Shown piece by piece: positions 40,594 to 55,770 of a DNA stretch of 64,000 bases. The notes beneath the pieces were generated by a model. The model searched no databases. It worked only from the letters and a program-made list of their open reading frames with translations, and had not been told where the DNA came from. The stretch lies in the NCBI RefSeq assembly GCF_009914755.1, contig NC_060925.1, one strand, 5' to 3'. Position numbers and translations under genes: made by a program. Position 1 is the first letter of the stretch, and each line of letters starts with the position of its first letter. Source of the stretch: the human T2T-CHM13v2.0 reference genome, Homo sapiens.

Positions 40594-41514
40594 CCCAAGC
40601 CACCACCCAGCCTGGGGAGGAACAGTTAAAACCAAGGTCTCCTAAGCACATTTAGGACAATACCCATCCCCATGCTACAGACAGCTGTGAAACTGGGGAC
40701 TAGCCTACCTAACCCATCACAGCTATCAACAACACCAACACAAACCACTTGGATCCCAGTGGGTTGCTCTACCATCACTACTGCCATTACCCACATTATA
40801 CCAGCTGCCAAGGGGCCTGAGAACCTTCCCATATACCCGGCTCACTGCTCTCAATACTAGCTTCTAAGCAAAACACCCAAAGGCCCAAGAAATGGCTCTC
40901 CAGGACCCACTAACACTGGTGCCAGCATAATTTCTTCTGGCTACCAAAAACAGGCACATTCAGCTGCTACCACCATGGCCCAAAGAATGGTTCAGTTGGT
41001 GTCCAAGTCCCCAAAAAACCTTCAGCACAGCCTCAATTAATAACCATAACCTAAGCCATCAAGGAGATCACAAACACCACTGACCCTGTGTACTGCCAAA
41101 GAAGACATACAAAAATCACACTACCACAGATACCCAAAGTCAAAGCCAAAGTGTCATACTAAACCAACAACAGTTACACATCTTCAGGAAAAAACTCTTC
41201 CCTACAGAGGCAATTTCACAAAATTGGAACAAGCATCTACTTCAACAGATGCACAGATATCAATGGAAGGACACAGAAAATGTGAACAAGCAAGAAAATG
41301 ACATCACAAAAGAATCACAATTGTCCAACAATAGATCCCAATCAAAAAGAATTCCTCAAAATACTAGAAAAAAAATTAAGATATTGATTTTTTAAAACCT
41401 CAATGAAATGCAATAGAAATCTGCAAACCAATACAAAGAAATCAGAAAATCAATTTAGTAAATGAATGAGAAATTTACCAAGAAGATAGATATCTTGAAA
41501 AAAAAATAATAAAT

Positions 41515-41840
41515 GGCTGGGCACAATGACTCATACCTGTAATTCCAGGACTTTGGGAGGCCAAGGCAGGCAGAATGCTTGAGCTCAGGAATTTGAGACC
41601 AGCCTGGGTAACATGGCAAAACCCTGTCTCCACAAAAAAAAAAAAAAAAATAGAAAAGTTATTTGGTTGTGGTAGAATGCGCCAGTAGTTACAGCTACTT
41701 GGGAGGCTGAGTGGGGAGGATGGCTTATGTACATCTAGGAGGTAAAGGTTGCAATGAGCTGAGATTGTGCCACTACACTCCAGCCTGGGCAACAGAGTCA
41801 GACCTTGTCTCAAACATAAAATAAAATAAAATAAAAATTA
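41515..41840 (+). mobile_element. AluJb-like
   Basis: gcttgagctcagg, cctgggtaacatggcaaaaccctg, gaggatggctt; (TAAAA)n tail; heavily diverged. Confidence 0.9.
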
Positions 41841-42016
41841 ATTAAATAAATTTTAAAAATTAAAAAATTCTGGAGCTAAAAAATTCATTGAAAGTAAGGC
41901 AAAATACATTCAAAAGTTTCAATACTGGACTAGGCCAAGCAGAAGAAGGAATCTTAGAACTTGAAGATAGGTCTTTTAATTCAGTCAGATAAAAATAAGA
42001 AAAGAATAAAGAATTA

Positions 42017-42338
<322 letters not shown>

Positions 42339-43186
42339 TCAAGATGTTTGGGAGTACACAGATTGCACTTACAAATTATTCGTATTCCTAAGGGAGAAGA
42401 TAAGTCAAATAGGTTCCTGAAAACCTATTTCAGGAAATAATCAGGAAAAACTTCCCAAGTCTAGCAAAAGTGTTAGACATCAGGATACAGGAGACCCAGT
42501 GATCCCCAGAAAATACATTGTAAAAAGAATTTTACCATAGCATATTATGTTCAGACTATCTAAAATCAATGTGAAAGAAAGAATTTTACAACGAGCAAGA
42601 GTAAAGCATCTGGTCACCTATAAAGGAAACCCCATCTGAGTAACAGCAGACTTTTCAATAGAAACCTTATACACGAGAAGAGAATGGAATGGCATTTTTG
42701 AAGTGCTGAAAGAAAAAAAACTGTCAGCTAAGAATGTTATATCCTACCAGAATAAACTTCATAAATGAAGAAGAAATAGTCTTCCCCTTACAAGCAAATG
42801 CTGAGAGAATTTGTCATTACCAGACCAGTTCTATAGGAGATGCTTGCTCATACATGTCTTAAATATGGAAACAAGAGGTCAATATTCACCATCGTGAAAA
42901 TATAAAACTCATAGGTCTTACAAAACAATTACACAAAGGAGGAAGAGCCAGGAGTCAAATGACATCATGATACAATTTTATCAAACCATAAAGACAAAAA
43001 GAGAAAAATAAACAAAGAATTTATAAAATGGCCTGAAAACAATTAACAATATAACAAGAAAAGAGCCTCACATATCAACTTTGAATGTAAATGGATTAAA
43101 TGATCCATTTAAAATATATAGATTGGCAAAATGGATAAAAAGCATGGTCCTTATAAGAAACTCATCTTGCATATAAGACATCTATA

Positions 43187-43569
<383 letters not shown>

Positions 43570-44839
43570 CTATCTTTATATCAGATAAAATAGGCTTTAA
43601 ATCAAAAATAATAAAAAAGATAAAAAAGGTAATTATGTAATTATAAAGAAATCAATTCAGCAAGATAATATAACAATCCTAAATATATATGCACCCAACG
43701 TCAGAGTACCCAAATTCACAAAGCAAATTTTAGTAGACTTAAAGAAAGAGATAGTCAGCAATACAATAATAGTGGGAGACTTAAACACCCCACTCACACC
43801 ACTAGACAGATGATTAAGGTAGAAAATTAACAAAGAAACATTAGACTTAATTTGTGCTTTAGACTATACAGACTTAACAGACATTTATAGAACATTTTAC
43901 TCAACAACTACAGAATATATATTCTTTTCATCAGCACATGGAACATTCGCCAAGATAGACCACATGTTAGGCCACAAAATAAGTCTTAACAAATTTTTTA
44001 AAACTAAAAATTATATCAAATATCTTCTTAGACCACAGTGGAATAAAACTAGAAATCAATACCAAGAGTAACTTTGGACAGTGTAAAAATACATAAAAGC
44101 GAAACAACATTCCCCTGAAGGATGACTGGGTCAACAAGAAAATTAAAATGGAAATTTAAAAATTTTTTTAATGAATAAAAATAAAAACACAACATATCAA
44201 AACCTGAGGGATACAGCAAAAGTGGTGCTAAGAGGAAAGTCAATAGCATTAAATGCCTACATCAAAAAGTAGAAAGATAACACATTAACAATGTAACGTC
44301 ACACCTCAAGGAACTAGGAAAACAAGAACAAACAAAACCCAAAGTTAGCAGAAGAAAAGAAATAACAAAGATTAGAGCAGAACTAAATGAGAGATCAAAA
44401 AACAACATGAAGGATCAACAAAATGAGAAGACGATTCTTTGACAAGATAAATAAAATTGATAAATACTAGCTAGACTGACCAAGAAAAAAGAAGATCCAA
44501 ATAAACATAGTCAAAAATGAAAAAGGAGATATTACAACTAATACCATAGAAATACAAAAGATCATCAGAGACTATTATGAACAATACAACTAATAACACA
44601 GAAATACAAAAGATCATCAGAAACTATTATGAACAACTGTGCACATACAAACTAGAAAGACTAGACAAAATGAATATATTCCTGGAAAGATACAACCTCC
44701 TGAGATTGAACCAGCAAGAAACAGAACTCCTAAACAGACCAACAATGAGTAGCAAAATTGAATCAGTAATAAAAAAATCTCCCAGGAAAAAAAAAACAAA
44801 AACTCAGGACCGGATAGATTCACAGAAAAAGAAGAACTA

Positions 44840-45154
44840 GGCCGGGAGCAGTGGCTCATGCCTGTTATCCCAGCAATTTGGGAGGCTGAGGCGGGTGGAT
44901 CACGAGGTCAGGAGTTCAAGACCAGTCTGGCCAAGATGGTGAAACCCCATCTCTACTAAAAAGACAAAAAAAAAAAAAAAAAATTAGCCGAGCATGGTGG
45001 TGGGCGCCTGTAACCCCAGCTACTCAGGAGGCTGAGGCAGAGAATTGCTTGAACCCAGGAGGCAGTGGTTGCAGTGAGCCAAGATCATGCCACTGTACTC
45101 CAGGCTGGGCAACAAAGCAGACTCTGTTTCAAAAAAAAAAGAAGAAGAAGAAGG
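44840..45154 (+). mobile_element. AluS (Sg-like) with (GAA)n tail
   Basis: Full dimer; TSD agaagaacta on both sides. Confidence 0.92.
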
Positions 45155-45671
45155 AGAAGAACTAATACCAGTCCTTCTACAACTATTTCTAAAAATCCAG
45201 GAGAAATTCACCCTAACTCATTCTATGATGCCAGTATCACCCTGATACCAAAACAAGACAGGACACAACAAAACAGGAAAACTACAAACCAGTATTCCTG
45301 ATGAATATAGATGTAAAAATCCTCAATAAAATACTAGTATATTGAATCCAACAGTACATCAAAAAGACAATACATCATGGCCAAGTGGTATTTATCCTAG
45401 GAATGCAAGAATGATTCAATATATGCAAATCAATAAATGTGATACATCGCATAAGCAGAGTTAAGGACAAAAACCATATAATCATCTCAATAGATGCAGG
45501 GAAAGCACTGGATGAAATTTAGCATGTCTTCATGATAAAAATCCTCAACAAACTAGGCATAGAAGAAACCTATTTCAACATAATGAAGACCATATACCAC
45601 AAACTCACAACCAACATCATACTTAATGGGGAAAAGTGTAAAGCATTCTCTCTAAGAACTAGGTAAGACAA

Positions 45672-45967
<296 letters not shown>

Positions 45968-48072
45968 AAGAACTAGACAAGAGAAAGATGCCCACTTTCA
46001 CAACTCTTATTCAACATAGTACTGGAAATCCCCACCAGGGCAATCAAGCAAGAGAAAAAAATAAAAGGCACTCAAATTAGAAAAGAGGAAGTCAAGTTAT
46101 CCCTGTGCCCTAATGATATGATCTTACATAAAACCTTAAAGAGTCCACCAAAAAACTCTTAGATTTGATAAATGAAATCAGTAAAGGTTCAGGATACAAA
46201 ATCAATGTGCAGAAATCAGTAGCATTTTTATACAGCAATAATGATCTAGCTGAGGACTAAAGAAGGCAATCCCATTTATAATCACCACACACACATACAA
46301 ATACCTAGGAATACATTTAACCAAGTGTGTGTAATTTTCTACACAGAAAATTACAAAACACAGATAAAAGAAATTGTAGATGGCACAAACAAATGGAAAA
46401 GACATCCTATGGCCTTGGATCAGAAGAATTAATATAGTTAAAATGACCATACTGCCCAAAGCAATCTACAGGTTCAATGCAATCTCTATCAAAATACCAA
46501 CATTATTTTCACAGAATTAGAAAAAACAATTCTAAAGTTTATATGGAACCAAAAAAGAGCCCAAACAGCCAAAGCAATCCTAAGCAAAAAGAACAAAGTT
46601 GGAGGTATCACATTCCCTGACTTCAAATTATACTATAAGACTACAGTAACCAAAATAGCATGGTACTGGGATAGAAATAGACACATAGATCAGTGGAACA
46701 GAATAGAGATCCCAGAAATAAAGCCACATACTTACAGCCAACTGATCTTTGACAAAGTCGATAATAACAAACAATGGGGAAAAGACACCCTTTTCAATAA
46801 AGGCTGCTGGAAAAATTGGATGGCCATATGCAGAAGAATAAAAATGGACCCCATATATTACTATATACAAAAATCAATTCAAGATGGGTTAAAGACTTGA
46901 ATATAAGAACTGAAACTATAAAAATACTAGAAGAAAACCTAGGAAAATTATTCTAGACATTGGTTTAGGCCAAAAAAAAAATCTATCACTACGAACTCAA
47001 AAGCACAGGTAACAAAAACAAAAATAGACAAATGGGACTTAACTAAACTAAAAGTCTTCTGTTTGGCAAAAGAAATAATTAACAGAGTGAACAGACAGCT
47101 TAAGGAATTGGAGAAAATACTTACAAATATTTCCGCTATGCCTTCAAGAGGAGACTAATATCCAGAATTTACAAAAAACTCAAATAACTCAACAAAAAAA
47201 CCCTGAAATAATCCCATTAAAAAGTGGGCTCAGGACATGAATAGACATTTTTCAAAAGAAGACAAATGGCCAATAAGCATATGAAAAGACTGCTCAATAT
47301 TACTGATCATCAGAGAAATGCAAATTAAAACCACAATGAGATATTATCTTATACCAATGAGAATGGCTATTGTTAAAAAGGCTAAAAATAACAGATGCTG
47401 GAGAGGATGCAGAGAAAAAAGAATACTTATCCACTAATGGTAGGAATGCAAATCAGTGCAACCTCTATGGAAAACAGAACGGAGATTTCTCAAAGACACA
47501 CAAATAGAACTACCATATGATCCAGAATCCCCAGTATCTACTCAAAGGAAAGAAATCATTGTATCAATAAAATACTTGCACTTATATGTTTATTGCAGCA
47601 CTATTTACAATAGTAATGATATGGAATCAATCTAAGTGTCCATAAATGGGGAATTGGATAAGGAAAATGTGATATATATTCACAGTGGGAAACTACTCAG
47701 CCATAAAAAAAGAATAAAATCATGTCTTTTGCAGCAACATGGATAGAACTGGAGGCACTATCTTAAGTGAAACAACTCAGATACAGAAAGACAAATACCA
47801 TATGTTCTCAGTTACAAGTGGGATCTAAATAAGGTGTATACATGGAGGCAGAGTGTGTAATGGTGGACAATGGAAACTCAGAGGGGTGGGGGATAAGAAG
47901 GGAGTGGATGATAGTAAGTTTCTTGGTGGGTGCAATGTGTGTTGTTCCAATGATGGATGTACCAAAGGCCCTTACTTCATTCACCACAATGCAATATATC
48001 CATGTAACAAAACTGCATTTATACCCAACGAATATATACAAGTTTTAAAAACTAAAAGAAAAGATAAATAAA

Positions 48073-48249
48073 GACCCTGAGCTTCTTGGACCCTGTGATA
48101 GATTATGGTGCTATTACATAGTAAAAACCCATCTGATAATTTGTCCCATTTTCAAAGACAGTCTGCCAATTAAATCACTTTACTATGAAACAGCGTGTCT
48201 CTTAAGGTGTTTCCCTTGTTTTTGTTTTATAAAATCATATGGTATTCTC
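48073..48249 (+). other. Non-L1 sequence between the L1PB tail and the 3' TSD (putative 3' transduction)
   Basis: 177 bp with no L1 similarity, lying inside the TSD pair; ATTAAA and TATAAA hexamers upstream of its end. Confidence 0.6.
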
Positions 48250-51065
48250 AAAAAATTATCAACAAAATATTAACAAATTAAACAATTGTATAAACAGAAT
48301 TATATAGCACGACCAAGAGAGACTTATTTCAGGTATGAAAGGCTGGTTCAAAATTCAAAAATCAATGACATCAACAGGCTAAAGAGAAAAATCATATGAG
48401 CTGATCAATAAATGCAGGAAAAGCATTTGAGAAAACACTAATTCATGATTAAAAAATAAATCAGCCAGTTAGGACTAGAGAACTTCCTTGACCTGATAAA
48501 GAGAATCTACAAAAAAATTCTACAGCTAACATCATACTTAACGGTAAGAAACTAAATGTCTTCCCCCTAAGTTTGAGAGCAAGGTAAGCATGACTCCTCT
48601 CACCACTCCTGTTCAACATTGTACAAGAATTTCTAGCTAGTGCAATAAGACAAGTAGAGGATATAAATAATACATATATTGGGAAGGAAAACATAAAGCT
48701 GTCTTTGCAGATAACGTGATTATCTATGAAGAGAATCCCAAAGAATAGAAAGAAAAAAGACTCCTGGAAAAAATAAGCAATTATATGGGGGCTTCAGAAT
48801 TTAAGGTTAATAAACCAAAGTTAAATTCTTTCTTATATGGCAGCATTAAACAATTGAAATTTGAAACTAAAATCACAATATTATTTATGTTAGCACAAAA
48901 AAACTACTTAGGTCGAAATGTAACAATATATGTATATCATTTATATAAAGAAAACTGCAAAGCTCTGCTGAAAGAAATCAAACAAATTCTAAACAAATGA
49001 AGAGATATTTCATGTTCATTGGCAAGAAGACTCAATACTGTTAAGATGTTGATTTTTTCCAACTTAATCTGTAGGTTCAGTAAAATCCTATTCAAGATCC
49101 CACTGGTGGAAATTGATAAAATAATTATAAAATTTATATAGAAAGGCAGATACCCAGAGGGGTCAAAATAATGCTGAAGTAAAGTAAACTGAAGTGTTAA
49201 CACTACCTGACTTCAAGACTTACTATAAAGCTAAAGTAACCAAGACACCATGGTATTGGCAAGAGAAGAAATAAATTTATCAATGGAACAGAATAGAGAG
49301 CCTAGAAATAGATGCCATTAGCTGATTTTGGGCATAAAAGCAAAAGAGTTTTGATTGAGAAAGGATACTCTTTTCAACAACTCATGCTGGAACAATCGGA
49401 CATCCACGTGCAAACACAAAAATAAATCTATACACAGACTTTCTATCTTTTAGAGCAATTAACTCAAAATAGATTGTAGACCTAAATATAAAGAACAAAA
49501 CTATAAACTTCTAGAGAATAACACAGGAGAAAATCTAAGTGACCTTTGATTTGGTTTTCAGATACAACACCAATAGCACTATCCATGAAAGAAAAAATTG
49601 ATAATTTGGTCTTTATTAAAGTTAAAAACAACTGACCAGCTAAAGACACTCTTAAGAGAATGAAAAGACAAACCACAGAATGGGTGAAATATTTGCAAAG
49701 CATATATATTATAAATAACTTGTATCCAAAATATACAAAAAAAAAAACCTCTTAAAATTCAACAATTAAAAAAGCCAACAACCCAATTTAAGAAATGGAC
49801 AAACAAACTAAACAGGCTCCTCACCAAAGAAGATGTACAGGTGCAAAATGTGCATAAGAAAAGATGCTCAACATCATATTCCTCAGGGTAACTGCAAGTT
49901 AAACAACAATTAGGTATTACTACACACCTATTAGAATGGCTGAAATAAAAAAAAAAACCTGACAATGCTGGTGATGATGTGGAGCAACAGGAACTCCCAT
50001 TCATTGCTGGTGTACCCAATAGTACTACAACTTTAGAAGACTGTTTGATAGCTCCTCAGAAAGGTAAACATAGTCTTACTATATGATACAGCAATTGCAC
50101 TCCTAGGTATTTACTCAATTGAGTCAAAGACTATGTCCACACAAAAGCCTGCACATAAACGTTTATAGAAGCTCTACTCATAATTGCCAAAGCCTGGAAT
50201 TAACCAAGTGGTATTACAAATGGCTAATGGATATCCAAACTGTGGCACAACTATACAGCGGGATATTATTCAGTAATAAAAAGAAATGAGCTACCAAGCC
50301 ATGAAAACACATTGAGGAATCTTAAATGCATAATATTACATGAACAAAGTCATCTGAAAAAGGCTACATGTTCTTTGATTCCAACTAAATGGCATTCTGG
50401 AAAAAGCAAAACTGTAGAGAAAGTAAAAAAACAAAATCAGTGGTTTCCAAGGGCTTGAGGGAGGAGATGAGGGATTAATAGCTGAAGCTCAGGGGGCGGA
50501 TTTTTAGGTCAGTGAAACTATCCTGAATGATACTTTAATGGAGAACACATGATATTATACATATATTAAAACTCAAAGAATTGTACAGCACAGAATGAAC
50601 CTTAATGTAAATTATGAACATTAGTTAATCACAATGTATCAATGTTGGGTCATTAATTGTAATAGACATACCGCATTAATGCATAATGTTAATAAAAGGA
50701 GAAATTGTGTTGGGGGAGGGGAGCATATGGTAACTCTGAATTATCAGTTCAATTTTTCTGTTAGTTTAAAACTGTCCTAAAAAATAAAGTCTACTATAAA
50801 TAAATAAGGTGATAAAACTCAGAAAAAAGTACCCATTCAGAAAAAAAGACTAAACCTGAAGGAAAACGAGCAAATAAACACAATATGTAACGTAAGAAAA
50901 ATAGAAGGTAAAAAATAAATACTTAAAAAGAAAAGAAAGAAAATGTAGAAGAGAGAAATTGACAAATTAGAAGCTAGTAAAGAAGCTTCAACATATGTAA
51001 TAGAAGTCCCTGAAAAAGTAAAGCAATGTAATGAAACAGAACAATAGCAACAATAAAAATCTGTT

Positions 51066-51385
51066 GGCTGGGTGTGGTGGTTTATACCTGTAATCCTAGC
51101 ACTTTGGGAGACCAAGGTGGGTGGATTGCTTGAGCCCAGGAGTTTTGAGACCAGCCTGGGCAACATTGCAAAACCCTGTCTCTATACAAAATATGCGCCC
51201 CCACGCTCCCCGCCGCCACACAAAAATATTAGCTGGGTGTTGTGGCGCATGCCTGTAGTCCCAGCTGCTTGGGAGGTTGAGATGGGAGGATCGCCTAACC
51301 CTGGGGAGGACAAAGCTGCAGTGAGCCATGATCACTGCACACCATCCTGGGTGTCAGAGTGAGATCTTGTCTCAAATAATAAATA
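51066..51385 (+). mobile_element. AluJ with GC-rich linker insertion
   Basis: ggattgcttgagcccaggag and gctgcagtgagccatgat diagnostics. Confidence 0.9.
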
Positions 51386-51488
51386 AATCTTTCATTAAAA
51401 AAAATGTTCTACACATAAAGATTTCAAACTTAAATTGAATGGATCTACCATGTTCCTGGAAAATGAACCCAGAACAAACAATATCAAG

Positions 51489-51992
51489 CGTGGCAGGCAG
51501 GTGAACACCCCTATCTAAAGACATCTGCACCCTCTTCCCCAGGATTGTGAATATGTTAGTTTGCATGGCAAAGGGAGTCTGCTATTGTGATTAAGGTTAA
51601 GGACCGTGAGATGAGGAATTTATCCTATAATATCTGGGTGAACCTGATCTAATCACATTGATCCTTGTAGGAATAGAACCTTTCCTGGCTGTGGTCAGAG
51701 GGCAATGTGACTACTGAAAATGCATCAGTGGGAGATATGACAATGCTGGCTTTGAAGATGCAATAAGAGGTCCATAATCCGAGGAATCTGGACAGCCTCT
51801 AGAAGCTGGAAAAGACAAGCAAACAAATTCTGCCTTAGAGTTCCATAAAGGAATGTATCTTTACTGATTTATCCCAGTGAGACTCGTTTTGGGCATCTGA
51901 CCTAGAGAATTGTAAGGTATAAATGTGTGGTATTTTTAAGCCACTAAATTGGCAGTATTTTGTTATAGCAGTAATAGAAAAAAGTAATATAC
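51489..51992 (+). mobile_element. MLT1D/E-type solo LTR
   Basis: gtgaatatgttag..catggcaaaggg..gtgattaaggttaaggacc..gcctctagaagctggaaaag..ttgttatagcagtaatagaaaa. Confidence 0.85.
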
Positions 51993-51999
51993 CAAAAAA

Positions 52000-53780
52000 A
52001 TGTAAGAAAGTAGTCAGCTTTAAAGAAAAAATTATTTGGTTATCCAAGCAAGAAAGAAAATGAGATTGCAATCAGAGTTTTCAATGACATTGCTATTGAA
52101 TGTGAGCAATGAGAGAATGTGATGGAGTAACATTTTCAAGACACCAAAAGAAAAAAGTGTGAACTGAAGATTTAATGTCCAGTTGTTGACAAATTTTAAC
52201 AATATGCAAGTTCATGTGGAATACCCTTAAATATTTCCTAAAGAATCTTCTAGAAAATGAGCTTCAGGGGACAAAAATGACTAGAAAGACATTAATAAAA
52301 AGACTGTTAAGTCCTCAAAAACTGAAATCGTTAGTATGAAAGAAGATATATATGTAAAAATCTGAATTTCATTAGAAAGAATGAACATACAACGTGATAT
52401 ATTTTATTTGTAAAAAGCAAGAACATATACCTCGCTCTGCCTACAGAAAAATAAACAATTACTACCTAAACATAGTGACCAATCTAGGTGCAGTGTATGC
52501 AACTAATATCTAAAACCCAGGCTACGGTTTCCAGGTACAATTTCCAGAGATCCTTAGAAAAAAGGATGCCAAGCTCTGGGAAATAAAATGAATAAGATGC
52601 CTCAAATATCTTGTAATACAAGATAACATGGATCTATCCAAAAATATCCAAGTAGTTTTAAAAGATTCTAGGAGCCAGATTGAAGTGGCTCTCACTGGCT
52701 AAAATCTCTTAATTTGATCGTCAATGAAAATAATAGTTACAATGTACTAAAACGTATTTTAAAAGTTTGCTTCCATGAGTTTATTATAATACAAAAAAGG
52801 CCTAATGGGTCATCATCAAAATATGCTTGGAACTATACTCATTAATTTAAAAATAGGTAAATAGAATCAAACATTTATCCTGCCATTCCCATACTAATGT
52901 ACCACTGGGTACTCTAACAGTAGATCAGAGAATGTTTCACTACATAGTATTATACCAGCTAATAAATGAAAAAGAGAAGATGGAATAGAATTTAAACATT
53001 TTGTTCTCCTAATGAATTACTTGATCTAAGCATGGGGCATCGACATCTGCTAACATCATAAAAAGAAAAAAAACAGACATTTTGCCTTCTGATAGAACAA
53101 TAAGCATTTATCAAACTGTGTTAGGAAAAAAAAAAACTGAACTCAAAACTGTTAAGTCTCTCAGGAGCAAAAGAAAACACACACACAATACACACACAAA
53201 AGCCAAAACTGATCAAAACTCTAGATCCAACTATATATATTCTACATGTCCAGGACAGATAGAAGACAAAGGAATCTGTTCAAGTACGTGAAAACAACTT
53301 GTTTCTCTTCAACAACAATAACAAAAGCAAGAAAGCAAAGAGTGGAAAAGGGGGAACTAGAAAAAGAAACTAAAGACTTAAAGGAATTTTTTTAATGAAT
53401 TGGCACATATGTATCTGATTCAAGCTATAAATGCATTTATAGGATTTATGAGAAAATGGATAGTTCTCAAAATTACTGAATATTTGATAATATTAAAAAA
53501 ATTGTTCAGTTTTTCAGTAAGGCATTTATATTTTCATTATGTTAATTAACAAGTGAGTTCTTTTAAAGTTATGTACTAAAATATGGAGATATAAAACATG
53601 ATATATAGAATTTGCCTCAAAATTCTATAGGATGGAAGAAAGTGAATGTATATAGTCAATGGGGTATACAGCATAACATGAGTTGACAATTATTGAAATT
53701 GTGTAACAGATTCAAAGGGATTTCATTTTACTATTCTATGTTGGTATATTTGAAATTCTCAATAATAAAATGTTTAAAAA
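52000..53780 (+). mobile_element. Old L1 (L1ME/MC) fragments ending in a 3'UTR
   Basis: Ends catgagttgacaattattgaa...ttttactattct..tatttgaaattctcaataataaaatgtttaaaaa. Confidence 0.55.
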
Positions 53781-55770
53781 AAAACAAAGACAGTGTTTGC
53801 CTTTCTCTGGCCTTCTGATGACTATTCTGTTCTTCAAGATTACAACAAGTGTTACTGGAATAACAACATCAAGCATTTTAAGTTATCTAGGTAGTTTGAA
53901 TATACTGTTTAAAGAATTGGTGGCTTGAATACATGTAAAGCAACTCAGTTTCCTCTTAGCTATGTTTCCTCCATCCTTTCCAGAATGATGATTCGTCTTA
54001 TAAAGAAGATAAAGACAGAGGATTGGAGCAGGAATTAGCTTAGCCTTGGCAAAAAGTGAAAGGGAAGAGAGTTGTCGCAACCAACATCGCTCTAGGAATC
54101 CCTCCTGTAGGAGCGGAGAGCCTCGAATCTAAATTTGAAATATATAGGATTGATTTTCAAATACCAACACTTACTATTTAGGCCAAGAGAGAAGCTACAG
54201 CTGGACACTGCAAATATTGTAGATTTGAAGTCCTCAGTAGCTGAGTTCATTACTTTGTTAATGGGACAACATCATTTCTTTTAATATTGTTAAAAAACTT
54301 ACAATGCTTACTTCTATAATTTTCACTGATATTATCTCATAATAATTTTAAAGGGCATTCATTTGATGTTTTCTACTTACTATGCAATCTTTGTGAATAA
54401 TATTAAATATGTGAGCTTTGTGAAGAGAGAAATGCTAAAATGTATTAAAAGTTATATTCTATTATTCCTAACTTGAAATTAAGAGCTCCTACTATGAAGC
54501 TATTTGGATTTCTAATTTCCCCCCTCATAGCATAGCAGTAGCATATGCTCAGGTACGGGATAATATTGGCAAGCACAGCAATGAACTTTCACTGGAAACC
54601 CCAAACACTGAATGCCTTATCTTTCTTTCTTTTCTTTCTTCTTCTTTTTTTTTTTTTTCAGAAATTCCCTATCATATAAGATATACAATGCCATTTGTGC
54701 CAGAGTGCTTTGCATAATAATGGTTTCCTTCAGTTTTTCAGGCTTACATAGAAGAATCCCAAAGAGAACTACACAGTAACATCAACCACAAAAAAGAAAA
54801 TTGCCTGTTTTTCACTGAAACTGCTCTTATTCTTTTTCTAAATTTTTTAACAATTTTATCTTTTTAAATGTAAATACTTGTAAGAGTTCAGAAAAGATAT
54901 CCAGTTATTAACATTTCAGGTATAATTATTACTCTTTCTAATCCCCACCTTCTGCATGGAACAGTCTCCTTTAGAAGAAGTATTATTACCTCCCTACTTG
55001 TGTGGGCCCTCAGACATCTTCAAATAAGCGTCTGTAGGTAGGACTCTCTGATTATAAAGGCAGAGTGAAATTAATGTTATTAATGTACCAAGGTGTGAAG
55101 TATGAACTTCAACTGGCTTTCCCCAAAGAACTCTGCTGATTACGTGTTTGAAGCTACAGAAGATCTGTCTAAAACATCTCTGTTGAAGCCTTTTACTAGC
55201 TCTTGTGCTAATAAGTGAAGTCAGTCTGTGGCTTTTCTATAATGTGGAGTCAGAGTGCTGACAAGCAGCTTATCAGCGCTAATGATAACTACTGTGTTTC
55301 AGCAGCCGGGATCAGAAGATGTATTTCACATTTGCATTTTTTTTTTCAGAATTGAACACTTAAGAAATCAGTAGAATGTTGCCAGGAGCCTTGCTTGCAA
55401 GCTGCTGCCTTTAAGAATTTTTGCAAGCCCTGAAAGAGTAACCAGAATACATTCAATTTCTTATGAATTTTTTAGTTCATGATAAGGACAGAATTTTAAG
55501 GTGCCCCCACTCCTGGGGGACTGTTAAACACTTCTATTATTCTAATCATCTTCTGTATATCTGAAATATCTCAAGACGGTTCCTCCTTTTTTGAAGCACT
55601 TCAAAAGGTACAGCTTTTAGGGAGCTGATCTAAAGCTACACTTGATGTTGACAAGGGGGATGCTGAGTTACAACTCTAAGAACTCCTCTTGATCCTCCAG
55701 CTTATAACAGCCTTGCTAAATTTAGAAATCTTGATTGTTGAACTACCTTCAACCCAACAAATTGGTCCCA

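Noticed and set aside
54620-54661. Strong polypyrimidine tract plus CAG acceptor
   Set aside because: No good downstream donor or ORF; likely a simple T-rich tract
55267-55290. agcttatcag resembling the 5' end of miR-21
   Set aside because: Only 10 nt match, with a 6-bp stem and no pre-miRNA hairpin
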